A DNA stretch of 64,000 bases from contig JAZDHK010000005.1 of the NCBI GenBank assembly GCA_043806035.1, positions 2,136-66,135 of the forward strand, given 5' to 3'. Made by a program: the position numbers and the translations under genes. This document shows positions 18,742 through 27,896 of the stretch, piece after piece (positions within the stretch are counted from its first letter, which is position 1; each line of letters opens with the position of its first letter). This stretch comes from an archaeon (lineage in GTDB: Archaea > Nanobdellota > Nanobdellia > Woesearchaeales > UBA9642). The notes beneath the pieces were generated by a model. It ran no database searches. It saw only the letters and a program-made list of their open reading frames with translations, and was not told where the DNA came from.

Positions 18742-20475
18742 ATGGACAAGCTAGCAATTCTTGATATGGGTGGACAATATTGTCACCTCTTGGCAAGACG
18801 CATCAGGGACTTAGGGGTGTATGCGGAAATCCTGCCAGCAACGACACCTGCAACACAACTCAAACAGTATGCGGGAATCATTCTTTCAGGAGGCCCAGCG
18901 AGCGTCTACGAACACAACGCTCCAAACGTTGATCCTGCACTGTTCTTTCTTTCCCCACCCATCCTTGGCTTGTGCTACGGCCACCAACTCATGGCACATA
19001 GTCTGCACGGCAATGTGCAGCGAGGGAAAACAAAAGAATACGGCACGGCACGACTCACCGTCAAAAAATCAAAACTCTTTGCAGGACTTGCAGCTCAGGA
19101 AACGGTATGGATGAGCCACGGCGACACCATAACCGAATTGCCACCAGGCTTCCGCGTCATCGGCAGCACTCCAGACTGCCCAATAGCCGCCATGGAGCAC
19201 AACAATCACTACGGCCTGCAATTCCATCCGGAAGTGACACACACACCAGCAGGAAAGAAGATGCTCAATAATTTTTTGGACATCTGCAACGCAAGAAGAG
19301 ACTGGAATCCAGAACACTATCTTGATGACATCATCTCGGCAATCAAAACACGTGCATCCGCGGAAACAACAGGCACCATGAAAAAAATCCTGCTCTTCCT
19401 CTCCGGAGGAGTCGATTCCATGGTGTGCCTCGCCCTCCTGCAAAAAGCCATACCTGGACACTATACTGCAGTGCACGTCGATACGGGATTCATGCGCCTC
19501 GGCGAGAGCAAGGACGTACAGGACATGGTTGCGCAGATGGGAGCACACGTGAATATTGTTAACGCACATGACATCTTTTTTGAGGCGACACGCGACGTCT
19601 ACGACCCTGAGCTGAAACGGCAACGCATCGGTGATGCATTCCTGACTGTTTTTGATCAGACTCTTTCAGATCCTGCAAAGCAGGACTGGCTCCTCTGCCA
19701 GGGCACCATCTATCCCGACACCATCGAGACAGGAGGAACGCAACGTGCAGCAAAGATCAAAACACATCATAATCGCGTTGGCAGAATCCATGCACTGATT
19801 GTGCAAGGAAAACTTATTGAGCCATTAGCCAACTTGTACAAGGACGAAGTTCGTTTGCTAGGCAAGAAACTGGGCATGCCGGACAACATACTGCAGCGGC
19901 ATCCTTTTCCCGGGCCAGGGCTGGCCGTGCGCTGCCTCTGTTCAGATGAGGACTACACCACTCGTGTGCATGACGTTCTGCCACTGCGTTCGGTCGGCGT
20001 GCAAGGTGACGACAGAACGTACAAGAAACCGTACTTGTTGCGAACACTCGATTGGACACAGGCCAACGAGCAGTCGACGATGATCACGAACAGCAGAACT
20101 GACGTGAATCGTGTTGTTGCCTTGCTCTATCCTGACGACATTCGTGACGTGCACGTCAAGCGAGCATCGATAACCAAAACGCGCATAACACTCCTGCAGC
20201 AGGCCGACGCGCTTGTCAGAGAAAAGCTCGACACGGCAGGACTCTATACTCAAGTATGGCAGTTCCCTGTCATCCTCGCACCACTCTCGCTGCAGGGAGG
20301 GGAAACCATCATCCTGCGTCCTGTTCTCTCGACAGAAGCGATGACGGCAAGTGTCGCCCAACTTCCCGCATCCTTTCTCACCGGCCTCGTCAGCGGCTTA
20401 GCGAGCATTCAGGGCATTGACTGTGTCCTATACGACATAACCAGCAAGCCTCCGGGAACGATAGAGTGGGAATAA
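18742..20475 (+). CDS. guaA: GMP synthase (glutamine-hydrolysing), single fused polypeptide (GATase plus ATP-pyrophosphatase, PP-loop SGGVDS)
   Basis: N-terminal class-I GATase motifs (GLCYGHQL, catalytic Cys). Mid-protein LLFLSGGVDSMV PP-loop. C-terminal GMP-synthase dimerisation region. 577 aa. Confidence 0.9.
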   Translation: MDKLAILDMGGQYCHLLARRIRDLGVYAEILPATTPATQLKQYAGIILSGGPASVYEHNAPNVDPALFFLSPPILGLCYGHQLMAHSLHGNVQRGKTKEYGTARLTVKKSKLFAGLAAQETVWMSHGDTITELPPGFRVIGSTPDCPIAAMEHNNHYGLQFHPEVTHTPAGKKMLNNFLDICNARRDWNPEHYLDDIISAIKTRASAETTGTMKKILLFLSGGVDSMVCLALLQKAIPGHYTAVHVDTGFMRLGESKDVQDMVAQMGAHVNIVNAHDIFFEATRDVYDPELKRQRIGDAFLTVFDQTLSDPAKQDWLLCQGTIYPDTIETGGTQRAAKIKTHHNRVGRIHALIVQGKLIEPLANLYKDEVRLLGKKLGMPDNILQRHPFPGPGLAVRCLCSDEDYTTRVHDVLPLRSVGVQGDDRTYKKPYLLRTLDWTQANEQSTMITNSRTDVNRVVALLYPDDIRDVHVKRASITKTRITLLQQADALVREKLDTAGLYTQVWQFPVILAPLSLQGGETIILRPVLSTEAMTASVAQLPASFLTGLVSGLASIQGIDCVLYDITSKPPGTIEWE

Positions 20476-21176
20476 GCTCCAGTCGTTTACACAGCACACT
20501 ATTGCAGAAGCGAGTAGAAAAGCTTAAAAACAAGGATGGAACAGGTGCATGCATGAAGGCAGTTCTTTTTGATCTCGACGGCGTCATCATCAACAGCCCA
20601 AAAGCGCACTATGCCGCATGGAAGAAAGCATTCAAGGAATTTGCTGTCGACATCAAGCCGGACGACCTTTTTCTCATTGAGGGCATGACAAAGGACGAGA
20701 TTGCCAAACGGCTCTGCAAGCAATCTGACCTCCCTGTGCTCGAAGCTGCGAAGGTCATCCAAAAAAAAGACCAGCATTTTGAAAAGAGCAAGATATCGCT
20801 TTATCCAGGCATGCTTGAACTCATACTCCTGTTGAGAAAAAAAGGGGCGAAGTTGGCCATCGTCACGGCGAGCAGCCATGCAAGCATCGGCGGCGTGCTG
20901 ACGGATGCATTCCTCAAAAAATTCGATGCCGTCGTCTTCGGCAGCAAGCAAGGCAAGGATAATCCCTACGCGCAAGCGGCAAAGCAGATAGGCGTTCCTG
21001 CAGAGCACTGTGTCGTCGTCGAGAATGCACCCATCGGCGTGCAGGCGGCGAAGGCAGCAGGCATGTACTGCATTGCCATCACCACGACACTGAAAGAGAA
21101 CCAGCTCTCGCAAGCGGACAAAGCAGTCAAAGATGTTGCAGCCCTTGCTGAACTTTTGAAAGTACTCATTGCATAA
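20466..21176 (+). CDS. HAD-superfamily hydrolase (beta-phosphoglucomutase/phosphatase-like)
   Basis: VLFDLDGVIINS motif I (DxDG), a conserved Lys and a C-terminal DD-like motif. 236 aa. The start overlaps the guaA stop. Confidence 0.8.
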   Translation: MGISSSRLHSTLLQKRVEKLKNKDGTGACMKAVLFDLDGVIINSPKAHYAAWKKAFKEFAVDIKPDDLFLIEGMTKDEIAKRLCKQSDLPVLEAAKVIQKKDQHFEKSKISLYPGMLELILLLRKKGAKLAIVTASSHASIGGVLTDAFLKKFDAVVFGSKQGKDNPYAQAAKQIGVPAEHCVVVENAPIGVQAAKAAGMYCIAITTTLKENQLSQADKAVKDVAALAELLKVLIA

Positions 21177-21226
21177 CTGGACAAGGCACAACAACCCATA
21201 TAAACAACCAGTTCTTCTCGGCAATC

Positions 21227-24200
21227 ATGTCAAGAACGCTCGCCATTCCCGAGGTCATGGGCGATGCAGCGATCAATATAGCCTTCGATACGATTGCCAG
21301 GGAGAAGCAGGCATTGTTCTTTCTCAATTCCAAACGAAATGCAGAGAGTCTCGCAGAGCGCATCGCAGCCAAGATAAAGGAAGCGCAGCCGAACAATGAC
21401 GTGCTTGCCAAAAAAGCATTGCACCTACCCAAACCGACAAAACAGTGCCAACGCTTGGCCCTCGTCCTGAAAAAGGGAATGGCCTTCCACCACGCAGGCC
21501 TGACGAGCCAGCAAAGAGAACTCATAGAGCAAGGTTTTAGGGAAGGAAACATTAAAATCATTTGTGCGACGCCAACTTTGTGCTTGCATAAAGATGCACT
21601 CATATGGCAAGGTTTGACGGAAAAAAAAGTCTGTGAAATCAAAAAAGGCAACATGGTTTATGCATTAAAAGAAAAAGCTGTAATAAAAGTGCCTGTTTCT
21701 GCAATTCACAAAAACACAGCAACAGGATACCTTACCATCACATCTGTCTCAGGGCATTCGGTGACTGTTACACCCAATCATCGTGTGCTCATAAAGAGAA
21801 ATGGCGAGGTAAAATTAATTCAGGTAAGAGACTGTAAAAAAACAGATTATATCGCAACGCTAGGACTTTTGAGCGTATCTTCCAAAAATGTGCGTCTCTC
21901 TAGATTAGTCAGGGATAATCAACTCCCTTTTTCTGATAAACTGCTGGATCCGAATGATTATTATCTCATCGGAAGTATGTTGGGAGATGGATACTCAGGA
22001 GCAGAATATAGAGGGAAAAAGATAATCTATAAAGGTTCACCATGTATTGTGGGTAACGACCAAGAAATATTTGCCAGGATAAAGGACAAGTGTGCGCAAT
22101 ATGATTTGTTGTGCAAAGCGGATAAGAACTATCACGGGACGAACCAACTCATACTCAGTAAGAAGAAATGGTTCAGAGAATTTCTTTGCCGTGCGGGTAT
22201 ACAAATCCGAGAACAAAAGCACATATGTGTATCTCTCCTCGGAGCGCCTGAATCTTGTGTTCGTGCTCTGCTTCAGGGATTGTTCGATACAGATGGCTAT
22301 GTGCAGCAATACCGCAATGTGGGATTTTCAAACATATCCTGTGTGCTCGTTCGTCAAATGCAGAGACTATTATTACGATGGGGCATAGTAACCAGATTCA
22401 GGCAAAGAAAACCGGGCAAAATGAAAATGTACGGTAAAGAGTATTTAACAAAAATCGGCTACGAGTTAACGATAGTACATAAACTCAGCATCCTTAAATT
22501 CAATGAGTGTGTTGGCTTTTCCGTTGAAAGAAAGAAAAAATCCTTACAAGTAATCGTTGCGAACATAATGGACAACATTCATTACGCACACTGTCCAATT
22601 TGCAAGTATAGAATATACGCTGATCTTTTTACGGGAAGAACTAAAGAACAACAACTTTGGGGAAAACAAAAACACACAATTCTCTCATTCCTTGGGCGAT
22701 ATGGAGAGTTAGCGTCTAATGAGATCATTAAACGTTTGGGAATAGAACCGAGAAAAAAAGACAGACGTCTTAATCATCATTATCAACTCATTACAAAAAG
22801 AAAGAAGGGAGTCATAAGCAAGACAGAATGGTACTGGTCACTAAATGCCATTGGCTCGTATCTTTATAAGCATGACCTGTTCAATAATCTCACTTTGTTT
22901 TTTAAGAGAACGCACTGTCCCCTCTGCGGTACTGAACTTATGATGCGACTAAAATCAGGTTGGAGAACGAAAGACATAGATGGAGACATTTTTTGGGACA
23001 AAATACATTCCCTAGAACCCACCTTTGTTAAGGAAGAATCATATGATGTTGTTCTGTCTACAGACAGGAGTAATGATCACTTGTTTGTAGCGAACGGCAT
23101 ATTTGTTCATAATTCGGCAGGCGTTGACCTTCCTGCTTTTCGCGCGGTCATCCGTGACGTGCAACGGTACGGCAAGCACGGCATGCAGCACATTCCCGTC
23201 CTGGAGTATGAGCAGATGGCGGGCAGGGCGGGCAGGCCGGGCAAGGACGACCACGGTGAGGCAATTCTCATCGCAGCATCCGAGAAGGATAAGCAGCTCC
23301 TCAAGGAAGCATACGTTGATGGGGAAACAGAATCCATTTACAGCAAGCTTGCGGTAGAGCCTATCCTGAGGACGTACTGCCTCAGTCTTATTGCGACGAA
23401 CTACGTCAAGGACGAGAACGAACTAAAGACATTCTTTGCGAAGACGTTCTACGCACACCAGTATGGCGACCTTAAAAAATTGGCAAAATTGCTCGACAAG
23501 ACCATCGCGCGACTGCAGGAATGGCAGTTCTTGCACAACAGCAAGGATGATTTTGTGGGTGCAGACCAGTTGCTCAGAAAAGAGACTGCGCTTGCGGCAA
23601 CCCTGTTCGGCAAGAGGACATCAGAGCTCTATCTTGACCCGTATACGGCACGGTTCTTGCTGGACTGCATACTCACCACGAGAAAGAGAACGCCGAGCGT
23701 CTTTTCCTACCTGCATGTCCTGTGCTCCTGCTTGGAAATGCGGCCGCTGCTCAGAGTGAAAGTTGCTGACATGGACACGCTGCAGGCAAAAATAACCCTG
23801 CACAGCGAGGAGCTCTTAGTGAAAGAACCCTCGTATTATGACGAGGAGTACGATGCCTTCCTACAGTCATGCAAGACGGCGCTGTTTTTCATGGACTGGA
23901 TTAATGAAATGAATGAGGATGATTTGTTGAACACGTATGATGTCCGTCCTGGTGAGATTCGCGCAAAACTCGACATTGCAGACTGGCTACTCTACGCGAT
24001 GGAAGAATTGGCACGCATCAGCAAGAACCTCGGTGTCATCGCAGATGTGCGAAAGCTCAGAGTGCGGTTGAAGCACGGCGCTAGGGAGGAATTGCTACCC
24101 CTACTCAAATTGAAGGGCATAGGCAGGGTGCGGGCGAGACTGCTCTTCAAGAACGGCGTCAAGGACATTGGCGGCGTAAAAGAGGCGAGCACGACGACGC

Positions 24201-24322
24201 TTGGCCAGTTGCTCGGCAAGGCCATTGCAGAGGACATCAAGAAGCAAGTTGGTGAGGACATCCCCGAAGAAGTGAGCCCTCGCAAGCGCAAAGGCCAGAT
24301 GTCGATGGACAAGTACGAATGA
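21227..24322 (+). CDS. hel308: Hel308/Hjm (Ski2-like) DNA helicase, C-terminal fragment only (RecA2 domain onward plus winged-helix, ratchet and HhH domains), interrupted by a 511-aa intein. No RecA1 (Walker A/DEAH) domain is encoded.
   Basis: The ORF begins ...ALFFLNSKRNAESLAERIA (start of helicase domain 2). Motifs HHAGL and IICATPTL|C...VHN|SAGVDLPA follow, then MAGRAGRPG (motif VI). The C-terminal ...LLKLKGIGRVRARLLFKNG is the HhH domain. An in-frame TGA at 21149-51 precludes any N-terminal extension. Confidence 0.85.
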   Translation: MSRTLAIPEVMGDAAINIAFDTIAREKQALFFLNSKRNAESLAERIAAKIKEAQPNNDVLAKKALHLPKPTKQCQRLALVLKKGMAFHHAGLTSQQRELIEQGFREGNIKIICATPTLCLHKDALIWQGLTEKKVCEIKKGNMVYALKEKAVIKVPVSAIHKNTATGYLTITSVSGHSVTVTPNHRVLIKRNGEVKLIQVRDCKKTDYIATLGLLSVSSKNVRLSRLVRDNQLPFSDKLLDPNDYYLIGSMLGDGYSGAEYRGKKIIYKGSPCIVGNDQEIFARIKDKCAQYDLLCKADKNYHGTNQLILSKKKWFREFLCRAGIQIREQKHICVSLLGAPESCVRALLQGLFDTDGYVQQYRNVGFSNISCVLVRQMQRLLLRWGIVTRFRQRKPGKMKMYGKEYLTKIGYELTIVHKLSILKFNECVGFSVERKKKSLQVIVANIMDNIHYAHCPICKYRIYADLFTGRTKEQQLWGKQKHTILSFLGRYGELASNEIIKRLGIEPRKKDRRLNHHYQLITKRKKGVISKTEWYWSLNAIGSYLYKHDLFNNLTLFFKRTHCPLCGTELMMRLKSGWRTKDIDGDIFWDKIHSLEPTFVKEESYDVVLSTDRSNDHLFVANGIFVHNSAGVDLPAFRAVIRDVQRYGKHGMQHIPVLEYEQMAGRAGRPGKDDHGEAILIAASEKDKQLLKEAYVDGETESIYSKLAVEPILRTYCLSLIATNYVKDENELKTFFAKTFYAHQYGDLKKLAKLLDKTIARLQEWQFLHNSKDDFVGADQLLRKETALAATLFGKRTSELYLDPYTARFLLDCILTTRKRTPSVFSYLHVLCSCLEMRPLLRVKVADMDTLQAKITLHSEELLVKEPSYYDEEYDAFLQSCKTALFFMDWINEMNEDDLLNTYDVRPGEIRAKLDIADWLLYAMEELARISKNLGVIADVRKLRVRLKHGAREELLPLLKLKGIGRVRARLLFKNGVKDIGGVKEASTTTLGQLLGKAIAEDIKKQVGEDIPEEVSPRKRKGQMSMDKYE
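21581..23113 (+). mobile_element. Intein (511 aa) with a LAGLIDADG homing-endonuclease domain and CxxC/CxxC zinc-ribbon-like insertions, inserted in helicase motif V (ATPTL^AAGV-type site)
   Basis: The intein's first residue is Cys after ATPTL. Its last residues are HN, followed by Ser (+1). LAGLIDADG motifs are LIGSMLGDGYSG and LLQGLFDTDGYV. HCPICKY...HCPLCG Cys pairs are also present. Frame arithmetic: 21581-21227=354 and 23114-21227=1887, both multiples of 3. Confidence 0.8.
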
Positions 24323-24364
24323 TGTGTGCGAATGATTTAAATATTTCTGCACGTCTCTTGCACT

Positions 24365-24565
24365 ATGAGCTTGGTCGGTATATTGCGAGAGTACGCTATC
24401 ATTCCTGGAACGTACGAGCAGGGAACGAGGAAGCCAGGCCTGTTCTTGAACAAACTCTATGGACTGAGGGACTCGTTCAGGAATAGCGTGTACGGACAGC
24501 AGGCAGAGTATTACTTCTTGAAGATACAAGAAACGTGGAATTCCTTACGACCGAACAACCCATAA
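24365..24565 (+). CDS. Small hypothetical protein (66 aa), possibly a leaderless transcript
   Basis: ORF track only. A TATA-like box (gatttaaatattt) lies about 25 bp upstream. The 3' end overlaps the convergent nmd3-like gene. No recognisable domain. Confidence 0.25.
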   Translation: MSLVGILREYAIIPGTYEQGTRKPGLFLNKLYGLRDSFRNSVYGQQAEYYFLKIQETWNSLRPNNP

Positions 24566-25486
24566 TCCGCCGTGAAGGATGACCTGCACGGTATGGCCGA
24601 GGACGCACTCTTTCTTGTCTGCATGCACGATAGGCTCGCTCTGAAATGTCAAGGGGTGCATGGCCTCGAGGTGTGGACGAATTTTTGTTATGGTCGTTGT
24701 ATAGACGGCCAGTATTGTTGGTGTATGAGGGATGCGGATGCTCGTGCTTGATCCCGACTGCACATTCTTCACTTTGAAACTCTTGCCCGTATTGATGACC
24801 TCGAAGGGAAGGTGGTTGTGCAGGAAAAACGTCCCTTTTTTCAATGCGGGAAAGTTGAGGATGATGTTGAGCCTGAAAATGTCTCTGCTCGATTGTGTAT
24901 TTCTGGAAAAGAGTTGTGCGTGTCTCTCGTACGTTCCTCCGAACGCAGCGCGAAGATGCTTTGCCAGGGCATCAATGGCCTTTCGCGGGCTGAGATAGAG
25001 GTCGATGCCGTTCTGTACGTGCACTTCTTTGGCGAGATGCGCACGTTCTCTCTTCAGCATGGCTTTTGCCCTGCCGATGATGTGCTCATCTGCATTGCGT
25101 AGTTGCAGTACCCCCTCATAGTACGTTCCTGTCTTCATATCTGGGCTGTTCCTGCCCCAAAACTTCGCAGGGATATCTGCGTACTGGTTGCCGATCTTCA
25201 CCGTCAGCAAGATAGGGAAGAGCTGACCGTCCTTCACCTCAGTTAGTGTAGGCGTGGTATTTACGAGCGTGATGCGCTGTTTGGTCTTGATTGCTTGCTG
25301 TGCAGTTTTCTCGATAGCCTCAGTGACATCCTTGCAGGACTTCCAGGAATTTCCCACAAGGTATTTCATCGAGGGACTCACGGTGATGGTGATATCTTTG
25401 TACGTGAATTCTCGAGAGGGTGCACAGTCTGCACAGAACGTCTCCTTGCGTGTCGTTTCTTTTCCGCAGCGTGGGCAGAAGCGCAT
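24545..25486 (-). CDS. NMD3-family protein (archaeal Nmd3-like, N-terminal C4 zinc ribbon)
   Basis: MRFCPRCGKET...FCADC N-terminal Cys cluster followed by an NMD3-like body, 313 aa. A TATA-like box (tttaaa, 25511-16) lies about 27 bp upstream. Confidence 0.5.
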   Translation of the reverse strand: MRFCPRCGKETTRKETFCADCAPSREFTYKDITITVSPSMKYLVGNSWKSCKDVTEAIEKTAQQAIKTKQRITLVNTTPTLTEVKDGQLFPILLTVKIGNQYADIPAKFWGRNSPDMKTGTYYEGVLQLRNADEHIIGRAKAMLKRERAHLAKEVHVQNGIDLYLSPRKAIDALAKHLRAAFGGTYERHAQLFSRNTQSSRDIFRLNIILNFPALKKGTFFLHNHLPFEVINTGKSFKVKNVQSGSSTSIRIPHTPTILAVYTTTITKIRPHLEAMHPLTFQSEPIVHADKKECVLGHTVQVILHGGLWVVRS

Positions 25487-25529
25487 ACGCCAAGAGAAGA
25501 AGGTGTTTCTTTTAAACGTTTACGAAATC

Positions 25530-25536
25530 TTTATAA
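25530..25536 (+). promoter_or_regulatory. TATA box (TTTATAA) 25 bp upstream of the signal-peptidase ATG (leaderless). A divergent TATA for the nmd3-like gene is at 25511-25516.
   Basis: Both boxes sit in the sequence ctttataagaac ... ATG at 25561. Confidence 0.4.
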
Positions 25537-25560
25537 GAACTTCCCCTTTTTTGCAGGCCC

Positions 25561-26172
25561 ATGAAGAAACGCGCTCCGCCAAAGCACGACGATCATTGGC
25601 TCAAGAAAGCATGGTATTTCATCTGGTACGACAACAGTCCCTTGAGCTGGGCAGTCAACATCCTGCTCGCATTCGTACTCATCAAATTCGTCATCTACCC
25701 CGGCATAGGACTCTTGTTCGGGACGAGCTTGCCGGTAGTCGCTGTCGTAAGCACGAGCATGGAACATCAAGGAAACTTCGACCAGTGGTGGCAGACACAC
25801 CAAGAATTCTACGTGCAGCGCAACATCTCAGAGCAGCAGTTCAGGACGTTCATCTTCGTGCACGGCTTCAACAAAGGAGACATCATGGTGCTCATCGGCA
25901 AGAAACCAACAGAAATAACGCAGGGTGATGTCATCGTCTTCCAGGCAAGAAAACCCTATCCTATCATCCACCGGGTCGTTGCAATACATGACGGCTTTTT
26001 TGAGACGAAGGGAGACAACAACCTGCAGCAAATAGTGAGCCTCGACCTTAACGAACAGTACGTCACCACCCAGCAGCTCATAGGAAAGGCAGTCTTCAGA
26101 ATCCCCCTGCTCGGCTGGGTCAAGATATGGTTTGTCGATTTCTTAGGATTGTTCGGCGTGCCTGCGTTCTGA
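25561..26172 (+). CDS. Signal peptidase I (archaeal Sec11/S26B-type)
   Basis: TM anchor, catalytic VVSTSMEH (Ser), GDIMV and HRVV boxes. 203 aa. Confidence 0.8.
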   Translation: MKKRAPPKHDDHWLKKAWYFIWYDNSPLSWAVNILLAFVLIKFVIYPGIGLLFGTSLPVVAVVSTSMEHQGNFDQWWQTHQEFYVQRNISEQQFRTFIFVHGFNKGDIMVLIGKKPTEITQGDVIVFQARKPYPIIHRVVAIHDGFFETKGDNNLQQIVSLDLNEQYVTTQQLIGKAVFRIPLLGWVKIWFVDFLGLFGVPAF

Positions 26173-26213
26173 CTTCCGTAACTTTTTTAAAGGAAGAGGA
26201 AACTGGCATTCGT

Positions 26214-26531
26214 ATGCTGTTCTGCCCGAAATGCAAGAGTCTCCTCAAGCCGAGAAGTGAGGGTGGCAAGAGAATCCTCGGATGCAGCTGCGGGTACAAG
26301 GAAAAGAATCCACAGCAGCAGGAATTCAAGGAAAAGGTCAAGGATGCCCTTGGTGTTGCGGTCATTGAAAAGGAAGATGAGCAGGCACTGCCGGTCATCG
26401 ATGCGGACTGCCCCAAATGCCATCACACCAAGGCCCAGTTCTGGACCATACAAACCAGGGCCAGCGATGAGCCAGAAACAAAATTCTTGAAGTGCGAACA
26501 GTGCAAGCACGTGTGGAGAGACTACAGTTGA
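26214..26531 (+). CDS. tfs: Transcription factor S (TFS/TFIIS-like; RpoM paralogue)
   Basis: MLFCPKCKSLL N-terminal Zn ribbon and C-terminal CPKCHHTKAQFWTIQTRASDEPETKFLKCEQCKHVWR Zn ribbon carrying the acidic DE hairpin. The internal Met at 26214 is chosen over the upstream listed start. Confidence 0.85.
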   Translation: MLFCPKCKSLLKPRSEGGKRILGCSCGYKEKNPQQQEFKEKVKDALGVAVIEKEDEQALPVIDADCPKCHHTKAQFWTIQTRASDEPETKFLKCEQCKHVWRDYS

Positions 26532-26758
26532 CCCTGCTTCCCCGTTTCTTTTATGTCCAGGTGAAGACGAACAGGCCAAAGACAAAAATCACGGCATACG
26601 ATGAATCCTCGAACACGCTTTTTCTCGACGTGCACGCCCCGCCTGAGAGGGGAAAGGCAAATGCAGAACTCCAAAAGTACTTGCGTAAAGAGATCGGCAA
26701 ACAGGTCACCATCAAGTCAGGACTGACGAGCAAGCGCAAACTTATCGTAGTATCTTGA
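26492..26758 (+). CDS. DUF167/YggU-family protein (UPF0235)
   Basis: VQVKTNRPKTKI...LDVHAPPERGKANAEL...VTIKSG pattern. The true start may be the GTG at about 26561, because the listed start overlaps tfs by 40 nt. Confidence 0.55.
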   Translation: MRTVQARVERLQLTLLPRFFYVQVKTNRPKTKITAYDESSNTLFLDVHAPPERGKANAELQKYLRKEIGKQVTIKSGLTSKRKLIVVS

Positions 26759-27386
26759 GTCTTCGCTGGTCCTCGAGAATGAGCTGATGAATGGTAGGAA
26801 TGTCCTGTGTGCCATCGATGACCATGGCGCTCTCGGGGAAAAGTGCAGGCAATGCATCGTATGCATCAATGACTTTGCGCGTGAATACAGGATCTGATTC
26901 GAGCCTATCGAGCGATTTTCCCGACTGCCGTAAGCGTTCCTCAACGACGGTGTAGGGAATTCTAAAGAGATAACCACGCAAGGGCGTAATACAGTCCGCA
27001 AAGCTGGACAGCCAAAGAATGTCCTCGATAGGCACACCGCGTGCGTGCTGGTAGGCGAGTGTTGACCAATAGGATCTATCCTGGACAACTACCTGCCCCT
27101 TCTCAAGCAAAGGTTTCAATTGTAGGTTTGTAATCGCCCGTGACGCAGTATAGAGCAATGTTTCGCATTGTGGTGTGATGTCTGTATTCTCTTTATCGAG
27201 TAGAATCGTCCGTATCTTCTCTGCGGACAGCGACCCGCCTGGCTCGCGCCATCGCTCATAGGCTATACCTTGTTGTTTGTATACTTCGAGAAGAAGATTG
27301 AACTGTTTTGATTTTCCACAACCATCGACCCCTTCGAAAAAAATGAGCGCTCCTGTCATCCCTGCTGAAGGAGTATTGTAGTGCAT
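26742..27386 (-). CDS. tmk: Thymidylate kinase
   Basis: IFFEGVDGCGKS P-loop, REPGG motif and DR lid. 214 aa. Confidence 0.9.
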   Translation of the reverse strand: MHYNTPSAGMTGALIFFEGVDGCGKSKQFNLLLEVYKQQGIAYERWREPGGSLSAEKIRTILLDKENTDITPQCETLLYTASRAITNLQLKPLLEKGQVVVQDRSYWSTLAYQHARGVPIEDILWLSSFADCITPLRGYLFRIPYTVVEERLRQSGKSLDRLESDPVFTRKVIDAYDALPALFPESAMVIDGTQDIPTIHQLILEDQRRLKILR

Positions 27387-27896
27387 TTAAACATTTCTCT
27401 CCTCTGGGCTACAACACCTTGTCACGATGTCTTGAACGATGGTCTGTACTGGTTGTGTGGCATCTATGTTCTTTCCATATTCGAAGCGGTTCACGAGCAT
27501 GTGCACTGCCCTTGCCGCATCTTCCCCATAGCCGTTCTTGCGCGCCGTATCACGCGCTATGCAGGCATCCACTGGAGCAGTGAGAGTGAAGACATACCCT
27601 GGAACAGGCATCTCTCCTATGAGTTCATCTATGTTCTCCTTATGATAAAAGCAACCGTCGATGACTACCGGCTTTGTCTTGAGTGCCGTTCGTATGTGCG
27701 GCAACATGATTGCTTGTGCTTTGCGGAACTGCTCTGCAGGGATGCACGGCTCATCTTTAGGGACGAGATCAAGCTTGTGCTCGACCATAACCGCATCAAG
27801 TGCTATGTACGCTGCATGGAGTTGCTTCGCGACCGCTTGTGCTATTGTCGTTTTGCCAACGCCCAAAGGACCGCGGATGAGGACATAGTAGCTCAT
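27387..27896 (-). CDS. P-loop kinase (AAA_33/chloramphenicol-phosphotransferase-like NTP kinase)
   Basis: LIRGPLGVGKTTIA Walker A. 169 aa, no further family signature. Confidence 0.55.
   Translation of the reverse strand: MSYYVLIRGPLGVGKTTIAQAVAKQLHAAYIALDAVMVEHKLDLVPKDEPCIPAEQFRKAQAIMLPHIRTALKTKPVVIDGCFYHKENIDELIGEMPVPGYVFTLTAPVDACIARDTARKNGYGEDAARAVHMLVNRFEYGKNIDATQPVQTIVQDIVTRCCSPEERNV

Noticed and set aside
19069-20361. Minus-strand ORFs 19069..19623 (184 aa) and 19942..20361 (139 aa) inside guaA
   Set aside because: Antisense to a well-supported gene, with no motifs.
20499-21224. 241-aa minus-strand ORF fully overlapping the HAD hydrolase gene
   Set aside because: No recognisable domain and Cys/Leu-rich low-complexity composition. 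The plus-strand HAD gene has clear catalytic motifs.
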